DNA of 64,000 nucleotides from assembly GCA_017411605.1 (NCBI GenBank), contig JAFQPR010000090.1, positions 3,761-67,760 of the forward strand, given 5' to 3'. Shown one piece after another: positions 9,797-17,900 of the stretch (position 1 is its first letter; each line of letters opens with the position of its first letter). This stretch comes from Clostridia bacterium. Its GTDB lineage: Bacteria > Bacillota > Clostridia > Oscillospirales > CAG-272. Made by a program: the position numbers and the translations under genes. The notes beneath the pieces are model-generated. The model worked only from the letters and a program-made list of their open reading frames with translations. It did no database searches and had not been told where the DNA came from.

Positions 9797-11308
9797 TCAC
9801 TGCGAGAGTATAATCAGAAGAAGCATCAGTATAAGCGATGCTGCGCCGAAGAACTTCTCAATTCTGTTTCCTCTGATCAGAAGATAAACGAATGCTGCGG
9901 GGAAGAAAACTACAAGAAGCAAGAAAAATATGAGCCAATTAACGTTCCTTCCCGCAGAGGGGAGTCTTGTCCGTCTTGCAGACGGCATAGGATAGCTTTC
10001 TCCCGTCGCACCGGGTGTAACCGTGATGACAGATATCTCGCTTCGCTCGGGAAGTCTTGCGTAAACAACGTTTCCCAGCATGGCGTTTATCGTATTCTCC
10101 TCTACTCTCGGCTTATTCTCGGGATGAATGATATCCGCGTCGTTGTATCCTCTGTCGCGGAAGAATCTGTTATACGGTCTGTTCATGCCTGTTCCCGACG
10201 AGCGCGTTATTACCTGCTCGTAATAATTGCCGAAGAACTGCGAAAATCTTCTGCAGCTCTCACCCGAGGCGTGTCTTGTAACGAACACGGCATCGGCTCT
10301 GCCGAGGACGGCATCAAAAGTGCTCTCCGTTCCGAGAGTGTTCGAATACACGTCATCGGCGGAATAAACGTAATTGCATCTGCCCGAGAAGCTATATAGT
10401 ATCTCCTTAAGCTTCTCCGATGCGTTGAGCGGAAGTGACTCCATCATAATCGTAAATACAGCGCCCCTCGCGAGGAGCTCGCTGATTTCCTGCGCAACAA
10501 TATTGATAAGGTTAACGTTTGCCGCGCTCGTAAGATCAAAGGAAACGACACCGCCCGACTCAATAGCGCTCTTGATGCTCACCGATTCCCCCGCACCCGT
10601 GGCAAGAACCGATGCGGCATACGTTTGAATATGACTAAAGAAAAATTCCACGCTTCCTCTCGCGTGCCTCGTTTCCTCAATAGCGTTTCTCAATCTTCTG
10701 TAATCATCCTCGGTGATATCGCCGTAGCGAAGACGCTCATCAAGATGCAGATATTCCTCACGTCGAAGACAGGAAAGATACGACTCGACGGTAAGCGGAG
10801 TTCCTATAACCGAAAGATAACTCGTTATAACGTCGATAAATCTTGTGCCGCTGTGATCAATAGAGCTGCCGCCGTTTGCCGCGCGAACGACGAATTGCGA
10901 TATCTCCTCGCGCTCTCTGCCAAAGAACGGATTGTAAATAGGATTATCACGGCTTATGGATCTGTAGCGCGTATCAGCGCCGAAGGTCCTCGCCAGCTGC
11001 TCCTCGAGAGCGATATTTCCACTGTGTAAAATCAACACGGGTCTGCCAGCATTGCAGGAATTATACGCCGCAGATGAAAGTATTCTGCTTCTTATCTCAT
11101 CGTTTTCCCCCGAAACAACGATGTTTTCCGCTCCCGATACGGGAACGAACGCCTCTATGGGAGATGGCGTATATTCAACAACGTTTTTACCGTTAGCGTT
11201 TTCTCTCTCAACGTTTCTTATTCTGTTTCTTCTTCGGCGGTTTTCTATAGAATCCCTTATCGCTCCGAATATAAAACCGAAAATTCCCTCGCTCGCCATA
11301 AAAGTCAT
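9797..11308 (-). CDS. Degenerate (Walker-A-less) VirD4/TraG-like paralog with two C-terminal TM helices; last gene of the 15-gene operon
   Basis: Aligns by eye with the neighbouring ATPase: FTIMMESLPL vs YIFCDEFKLLP, and GRADAVFVTRHASGESCRRFSQFFG vs GFSTVLSFRANDEVSRSFTVGLHG. The P-loop position reads VLILHSGNIALE, with no GKT. C-terminus WLIFFLLLVVFFPAAFVYLLI and AASLILMLLLIILS are TM helices. An alternative start at ATG 11299 sits 9 nt after GGAGG. Confidence 0.6.
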   Translation of the reverse strand: MTFMASEGIFGFIFGAIRDSIENRRRRNRIRNVERENANGKNVVEYTPSPIEAFVPVSGAENIVVSGENDEIRSRILSSAAYNSCNAGRPVLILHSGNIALEEQLARTFGADTRYRSISRDNPIYNPFFGREREEISQFVVRAANGGSSIDHSGTRFIDVITSYLSVIGTPLTVESYLSCLRREEYLHLDERLRYGDITEDDYRRLRNAIEETRHARGSVEFFFSHIQTYAASVLATGAGESVSIKSAIESGGVVSFDLTSAANVNLINIVAQEISELLARGAVFTIMMESLPLNASEKLKEILYSFSGRCNYVYSADDVYSNTLGTESTFDAVLGRADAVFVTRHASGESCRRFSQFFGNYYEQVITRSSGTGMNRPYNRFFRDRGYNDADIIHPENKPRVEENTINAMLGNVVYARLPERSEISVITVTPGATGESYPMPSARRTRLPSAGRNVNWLIFFLLLVVFFPAAFVYLLIRGNRIEKFFGAASLILMLLLIILSQ

Positions 11309-12639
11309 CCTCCGTAAAGATCAAACTTAAATCTATAAGGCTTCTCGCCACAAATTCCGACAATAGCCTCACCCACGTCAAGACCGATAATATCCCAGTC
11401 CTCGACGGTATTTCCTACCTTTTTCTCACCCGACATATAGGTTTCGTGCTCGATATAGTAATTCTTTCCGTGCAGTCCCACCGTAAAACTTCGGCTGACC
11501 TCGTCGTTTGCGCGGAAGGACAGCACCGTGGAAAATCCTGCGGCAATATTTTTACCTCTCGACTCACCGTAGTTTTCGGTAAGCTGCTCTATCGACTGCA
11601 AGCCCGCAAAAACCTTCACTCCCATAGAACGCCCGAAATTAACGGCGTCCTCAATATGAACAAGGTCGGGAAGAAGCTTGAATTCATCGCAGAAAATATA
11701 CACGTTCCCGCACGTACCTGCGCTCACCCTGCTTTTTTCGTGAGAGCCCATAGTTTCCTTAAGGGCAAGATCTATAAGAAGCTTATAAATAGGTGTCAGC
11801 GTTGAGCCTCGGTCAAGATCGTACTCAATAAACAAGGCGCGACCGCCTCGGTTTCTTATGAATTCTCTTATTGAGAAATCTCCTCGCTTTGCGAATGAGC
11901 CGACAAGAACGTTACGTAAAACCGACTGAAGCTCCGCAAAAACACCGAGTCCCTGCGGATTTTCCCCGTCACCGATATAAGTGAGCGCCGCCTGCTGATC
12001 TCTGTATTTTGATAGCATTTCGCGAAGTCCCTTAGCGCTGAGCGTATCAAGCAAGGACTTCAGATACTCATTATCAAGATACTTGTCAATAAGCGCGGGA
12101 TCACCCCCCGCAGTTCTTACCGCCCAGGTCAGAATCGAGGCAAAAAGATCTCTTGCCGCGTTCGGGAAGAATGGGTTTGAATTATTATTCTTGATACTGC
12201 TCGAAAACAGTGACCACGATATCTCGGCAATAGCAGATTCGCACGCCTCCTTGTTTTCAAAGCCGTCTATTAATATCTCTTTAAACAAGTTCCAATTTGA
12301 CACGGTATAACCGATCATATCCACGGCGGAAATAACCGAATCATAATACGGATCGTAGAACTTCTTTATATAGTCCCCTTTTGTATCAAATATGATCATA
12401 GTATCGTTGTCGGTCATACCTCTCTTGAGCTGATCGACTATGTGGAAGAACGTATTGGTTTTTCCGCATCCGGTTCCGCCGAGCAGTAGCATATGCTTGC
12501 TCAGTATCGACCTGTCAAGCTCAAAATGAGCAGGCGTGCCGTTGCAGCTTCCCGATATTGATACCGCGGGCGAATCTATGACAGGCGGTCTGTTCTGACT
12601 TAAGACACTGCCGTATAAAACATCCGAATGTAATGCCAT
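11305..12639 (-). CDS. Soluble VirD4/TraG/TrwB-like (type IV coupling protein family) P-loop ATPase, 444 aa, no TM segment
   Basis: Walker A LLLGGTGCGKTN (about 12456-12480). IFDTKGDY. Walker B VYIFCDEFKLLP. GLQSIEQLTENYGE, the T4CP-type QS..QL...YG motif. GGAGGA SD. TAATG overlap with the upstream gene. Confidence 0.75.
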   Translation of the reverse strand: MALHSDVLYGSVLSQNRPPVIDSPAVSISGSCNGTPAHFELDRSILSKHMLLLGGTGCGKTNTFFHIVDQLKRGMTDNDTMIIFDTKGDYIKKFYDPYYDSVISAVDMIGYTVSNWNLFKEILIDGFENKEACESAIAEISWSLFSSSIKNNNSNPFFPNAARDLFASILTWAVRTAGGDPALIDKYLDNEYLKSLLDTLSAKGLREMLSKYRDQQAALTYIGDGENPQGLGVFAELQSVLRNVLVGSFAKRGDFSIREFIRNRGGRALFIEYDLDRGSTLTPIYKLLIDLALKETMGSHEKSRVSAGTCGNVYIFCDEFKLLPDLVHIEDAVNFGRSMGVKVFAGLQSIEQLTENYGESRGKNIAAGFSTVLSFRANDEVSRSFTVGLHGKNYYIEHETYMSGEKKVGNTVEDWDIIGLDVGEAIVGICGEKPYRFKFDLYGG

Positions 12640-12968
12640 TAAAATGTCCTCCGTATTATATTACTGTTGAGCTGCTCCACGCTCTGATACGGGATAAGCA
12701 GGTTGAACAGCTCAATAAGCGCGTTATCCGTCTTTTTATCGTGCTCCTCGGGGCATAGCTCGCGCGGTGTTACCGCCTTAAGCTCCTCTCTCCCGAGAAG
12801 ACAGCTATATATACTGTAAATAAGCTTATCTACTGTGCGTTCCGTCAGTGTTCCGAGCCTGACAGCATCCTCAAACTCGCGAATATCCTGCTGTACGTAT
12901 CCGGGATAAGCTGTTCTGTTTATGGATATCAAGAGCATAGCTCTTTCTATAACCTCAGCCGTTACCAT
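12639..12968 (-). CDS. Small helical hypothetical protein (109 aa); possible adaptor
   Basis: ORF track. Its ATG at 12968 overlaps the upstream stop by 7 nt, and its own stop overlaps the downstream ATG (TAATG at 12639). Confidence 0.55.
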   Translation of the reverse strand: MVTAEVIERAMLLISINRTAYPGYVQQDIREFEDAVRLGTLTERTVDKLIYSIYSCLLGREELKAVTPRELCPEEHDKKTDNALIELFNLLIPYQSVEQLNSNIIRRTF

Positions 12969-14287
12969 GGAGTATTAACGTTCGACGTGCCGTTTGAGGT
13001 ACTTCCCTCTCCGTTGCCCGAGCCATTATGCTCGCCGTCAGAAGAAGCGTTACCGACGCCGTTCTCCTCTCCGTGCCCCGAGGTACTGTCCGTACCCTCA
13101 CCGGATTCTCTTCCTCTTGCGTCAAAGCTCGCAAGAGCGCTCTCTTTATTTTCATAAGACTCACTTTTTCCGTCAGCGTGAGCAAAACGCGAAAGCTCCG
13201 ACTCGGCGGCTTCGAAATCATACGCTGAGTTGTCCTCGCCCGAGCGAAGATCTCTTGACGCAAGCTCATCCTCGGCAGTGACGACCTTTCCTTTGCTCTC
13301 GGGGGCTTCGACAGCGCCTCTGGCAATCGTTCTTTCGGTAAGCTCGTCGGCAATACCGACAGGTTTTGAAGTATTCGCCGCCATGCTCTTGTTTCCTATC
13401 GCAAACTTTTCACTCATAGCTGCGGCTTTTTCCGCCTCGACCTGATGCTTGGCACGGTAATACTCGTCCTGAATTGCAGTCTGCGTTTCTTTGAAGCTTT
13501 TTACCGCAGGCTGATCCCACTTAGTATAAACCGTGTTATCTATCATATCCCACCGTCTTTGATTACTAAGGTCACCTCTCGCATAGGATTCGTTCACCGC
13601 ATTTTCCTGCGTATATCTCATCGTGCCGTTATTGATCTTTTTATCAAAAGCTGAGCACTCGTCAATTCTTGACTCAAGATAGTTAACGTATGCCGAGTCA
13701 CCCTTCCAAAGCTCTCTATTTTGCATTACCTTGTTTGCGGCATACGTATTGCTGTCTATCTCAGAGGTACACATTCTATAATCTACCGTTGCTTTATAAT
13801 TATAATACTGACCGATAAGCGGAGCGGATTTATCAAGATACATATCTCCGCTACCGAGATGCAGATTATCCTTTGTAGTATAAAAGCTCTCAACCTCACA
13901 CATATCAAGAGTTTCTTTTGGAAGCGCTCCCTCAGGCATAGGCTTTCCCGCTCTTCGGCACTCTACGCAATGAGTCTGAAAAGCATGCTCGCCCTCGTGA
14001 TAAATCGTATCGAGCATCTCATATGGATTAATATCGTCGCGCATATTAACGGAAATAGTATTTTTATCCTCACTGTACTCGCCGAAACAACCCAATTCAT
14101 ACTTTTTGTCAAGCGGAACGACCTTGCACGGCGGTCTGCCCTGTTCCTTGGCGTTTCTGTTTTCAACCTCTTGTAAAAGATTTATTTTTTCGGATTTGCT
14201 TTTAATCTGTGCATAATTTTCCGATCTGAAGTTTTTTAAAAGCTCTTCGTCGGACTGCTTTTTGAATTTATTGAAAAATGAAAACAT
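12962..14287 (-). CDS. HExxH zincin-motif protein with a long disordered Gly/Ser/Asn/Glu-rich C-terminal tail (441 aa)
   Basis: TIYHEGEHAFQ (HEGEH codons at 13984-13998). No signal peptide. The last ~130 aa are low-complexity (…GEGTDSTSGHGEENGVGNASSDGEHNGSGNGEGSTSNGTSNVNTPW). GGAGG SD. Zero-nt gap to the upstream gene. Confidence 0.6.
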   Translation of the reverse strand: MFSFFNKFKKQSDEELLKNFRSENYAQIKSKSEKINLLQEVENRNAKEQGRPPCKVVPLDKKYELGCFGEYSEDKNTISVNMRDDINPYEMLDTIYHEGEHAFQTHCVECRRAGKPMPEGALPKETLDMCEVESFYTTKDNLHLGSGDMYLDKSAPLIGQYYNYKATVDYRMCTSEIDSNTYAANKVMQNRELWKGDSAYVNYLESRIDECSAFDKKINNGTMRYTQENAVNESYARGDLSNQRRWDMIDNTVYTKWDQPAVKSFKETQTAIQDEYYRAKHQVEAEKAAAMSEKFAIGNKSMAANTSKPVGIADELTERTIARGAVEAPESKGKVVTAEDELASRDLRSGEDNSAYDFEAAESELSRFAHADGKSESYENKESALASFDARGRESGEGTDSTSGHGEENGVGNASSDGEHNGSGNGEGSTSNGTSNVNTPW

Positions 14288-14926
14288 TTACGCCTCCGCT
14301 ACCGTGTGAACTTTCGTATCACGTATTTCACAGAGATGTATTTCAAATTTCAGTATTTTCTCAAGCAAAGGAGAAACACCTATCTCAAGAAGCTGGTTTG
14401 CGTTTTCTGTCGCAAGCTCAAACTGCTCCGTACGCCGAAGCAGATCGACTACCAAAGTTGCACTGTTAAGATCATAGGAGAGCTCGGCGTGCCGCGTCAG
14501 GCGTTCTATTGCCGCGCGGCGCGCGATAGCGGCAAGCTCGCCGTCCATAAGATCGTCGTAATGCCACGCGAGCATAAGATGCAATATTCCCGAGCGGTGC
14601 ATATCTCCCGACTTATCATAAAGATATGCCGCCATAAGGAATTTTTTTGCGGTAGCATTGAGAACGTTGTTACGACAGAGCTTTTGGTAGCCCTCTTCTT
14701 CGAGCGTCAGTCGCGTTATTCCCGCGATAGGCTTATCTACCGCGGTATTCGCGTAATGGCACTTTTCGCAAACTGTGATTTCACTATCAAGCATCGCCCT
14801 TCTCGGAAGTGGGGGACGCGTATCCAGATCCATACTTCCAAACGAGCTTATTGCCGCATATTCCTCATATGTTGATTCGGTATTGCATATAGCGCATTTT
14901 CTTTTTATACTGATTAATTTAGACAT
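14288..14926 (-). CDS. DUF2225-like zinc-ribbon plus helical-repeat protein (212 aa)
   Basis: CAIC...(x)...DLDTRP...VCEKCHYA followed by an alpha-helical region. This matches the CxxC...D.D...VCxxCxYA layout I associate with DUF2225. Confidence 0.5.
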   Translation of the reverse strand: MSKLISIKRKCAICNTESTYEEYAAISSFGSMDLDTRPPLPRRAMLDSEITVCEKCHYANTAVDKPIAGITRLTLEEEGYQKLCRNNVLNATAKKFLMAAYLYDKSGDMHRSGILHLMLAWHYDDLMDGELAAIARRAAIERLTRHAELSYDLNSATLVVDLLRRTEQFELATENANQLLEIGVSPLLEKILKFEIHLCEIRDTKVHTVAEA

Positions 14927-14959
14927 AGCGTCCCCCTATTTAAAATAATTGTTTACATT

Positions 14960-17900
14960 TTATGTTCCGGACGTACCCTTACCGCCGGTCTGACCTGAGT
15001 GAGTGTTTGATTCGTGCGTCGTTCCGTAGCCGTTTACTCCGCCGTTTCCGCCGTCACCGTCGCTGCCGTATTTGCTAAGGCCCTTACCGCCGTCACCGCC
15101 ATTGCCGCCGTTTCCGCCGGCTCCTGCCTGATATGCTTTAGTGCCTAAGGAATCAATCATTCCTATACCTCCGGCACCGCCTGCGCCTCCGTCTCCGCCC
15201 GAAGCACCGGTGGAGAACCAGCCTTTATTTCTTCCGCCTTCTCCGCCTACGCCTCCGACACCGCCTGCGCCGCCCTTTGCGGTAAGGTTTGAGTAGCCTA
15301 AAAGTCTATCGTCAATAACTCCGGAAAGAACTATGGCATTTCCGCCCTTTCCTCCGGGATTGCCGTCATCACCCGATGTAGCTGACCACCAAGAGCTGTC
15401 TTTGCCCTCGTCACCTTCGCTTCCGGCACCGCCTGCGCCACCATAAGCTTTTACGGTAACACCGGACGTAAGAGTAATGTATTTTGCGTAGATAGCAACG
15501 CCGCCGTCGGAATCTTCCGCGCCGTTTCCTGCGGTGAGATTTATCTCGCCTGAGCCCGTGAAGTTTATATCATTTGTAAATTTTGCATCTGACTTTCCGA
15601 TAACGGAGCCGCTTGCTGCAACTGTGGCAATCTCAACCTTTCCCTCGACGTTTATATTGAGTATCGCATCACATTCCCCCGAGGTCGGCTTTAATGCACC
15701 GTCGACCATAGAGTGGAAATTAAAATCAATAAAGCTTATATTCAAAATCTGTCCCGATGCAAAATCTCTGACGTTCAAGCTGAGATTTTCAAATATCTTC
15801 GAGGAATTTCCAATGAATATTACCTCTTCTACGGTATTGTATATCTCAATTATGTTATTGTTAAGACAGCCTGTGCTGCCGGCTCTTGAATACGATGAAA
15901 GATCAAGAGTCGTCACTCCCGACCAATCTATGATAACGCGCTTTGCGCTGAGATCGGGCGTGCTCTCTACCGAGGTATAAATTGCGGTTATAGGCTTTTT
16001 GGACTTCGGATAAAGAGTGATATCGAAGGGATCCTCAAGCAATGCCTCGGCATCAAACGGAACGGTAAACTCGGAGTCGAGATACCAGCCGTCAAACTCG
16101 TTATATTCGGGATAATACTTATAAGTCGGTGAAGAGAGTGTAAGCACGCTATCAACGGTAAAGCTTTCGGGATAGCTTTCTCCTACCTTCTGCCAATCTC
16201 CCATACTGTATGAGATCGAATACGATCTGATGCTCCATGAGCTTTCAAGCTCATGATCCGAGGTAATGAGCATCTGCGTACTCTCGGAAATAAGCGCCCC
16301 GTTATAGAACCAACCGTCGAAATTATATCCCTTCATTGTGAGAGCGGGAATATTGTACTCGTCACCGTAGTGTCTTACGTACTGCTTATCTCCTGCAGTA
16401 ATGATATATTCGATGGGATCCCATTTTGCGTAGAGCGTCAATTGAGGCTCTGCGTTTTCGGGAATACAGTCTATCTTGTTGGTAAACGCGGAATTTGTGT
16501 ACCAGCCTACGAATTCACTTCCTACCTTTGTGGGAGCGTAAAGAGGTATCTCATCATTGCCGGAATTATAGCTCGATACGTTTTCGATGCTATTGATACC
16601 GCCGTCAAGAACGTAGGTTATCGCATATTCGTTACTGCTCCAGAGAGCGTAAAGCGTTATATCGGCAGCTTCCATACGGAATGCCTCGCCGTTCGTATAA
16701 ACGAGTCTTCCGTTAGGAGTAAGAGCCCAGCCTAAGAAGGTGGGGTGAGTATCATTTCTGAAGAAGAGATTCTCCGAAAGATTCTGTATCTCTCCCGACT
16801 TCATAGTCTGCGATGCCATAGTTCCCTCGCCGCCGTTCGGGTTGAAAGTGACAGTATACGTATTTGCGCTCCATTTAGCGTAGAGCACGAGATTGCCGTG
16901 ACTTCCGCTCTCAATGGCGGTGATGCGTCCCGAGGTCATAGAGGGATCGGTGTACCATCCGAGGAAGGTGAAGCCCGATTTCGTAGGCTCGAGAAGCTCA
17001 ATAGTATCGCTCTCAACGTGATAAGACGTAGGATTCGACGCGTTAATTCCGCGGTCAAGCTCATACGTTATCGTATACGTATCTCTTTTCCAGATCGCGT
17101 AAAGGGTATATTCCGCATCCGTTCCCATAGTATAGGATGCGTTATCGGAATAAACTACCTCACCCGTAGGAGTTTTGCTCCATCCGACGAACGTATATCC
17201 GTTTTTGTAGAATATAGTGTTTACAGCGGGTATGTACTGCGCCGAGTCCGTGACCATCTCAATAGGATCAACTGCGCCCTCACCGCCGTTGGGATCAAGA
17301 TAAAGCTTATTTGTATTTACAATCCATTTTGCGTAAAGAACTATATCACCGAATGTGCCGCGCTCTATCGCTTGGATAGCCGTCACCATCTCGGGCTCGG
17401 TATACCAGCCGACGAAGGTATATCCCGCTCTTGCGGGTATGCCGAGAGTTATAGTATCGGACTCCACGTCATAGGCATATACGGCATCATTGCTGTTAAT
17501 ACCGCCGCTGAGAACGTAGCGGATAGTATACGAGTCCTTGCTCCATATCGCATAAAGAGTACGCGAGGGAGCGGACGTCATAAGGTATTCCTCACCGTCG
17601 GCAAGCTCTACCTCTCCGTCTGCGGTAGTGCTCCATCCGAGGAAGGTATAACCGTCCTTCTTGAATCTGCACTTATTGAGCTTAGCCGTAGCATCGGTCT
17701 TGATTATCTGATTCTGCATAGTACCGACAACGCCGTCAATGTTTGCAGAGAAGATTATCTCGTTTGAATTCGCCTGCCATACGGCATAAAGAGTCACGGA
17801 TTCCTCGTGCGACATTTTGTAGGACGCCTCGTCGGTGAAGTTGACCGAGCCGTCATACTTATAGCTCCAACCGAGGAAGGTATATCCCGGAATAGCGAAC

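Noticed and set aside
11305-12639. VirD4/TraG-like ATPases (here and at 53582-55288) as evidence for an integrative conjugative element or plasmid remnant
   Set aside because: The window contains no relaxase, VirB4/VirB6-type proteins, integrase, transposase, replication genes or flanking direct repeats. Both ATPases also lack the N-terminal TM anchor, and both sit in tightly coupled operons with non-conjugative genes.
12955-13353. 132-aa alternative-frame minus-strand ORF, plus small plus-strand ORFs, overlapping the zincin gene tail
   Set aside because: This is the same kind of low-complexity artefact. The 441-aa frame carries the HExxH motif and is translationally coupled to its neighbours on both sides.
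15534-17767. Plus-strand ORFs of 148, 160 and 340 aa (15534-15980, 16253-16735, 16745-17767)
   Set aside because: All are antisense to the 1784-aa Flg_new-repeat lipoprotein gene. They have no SD and an implausible Arg/Ser/Ile-rich composition.
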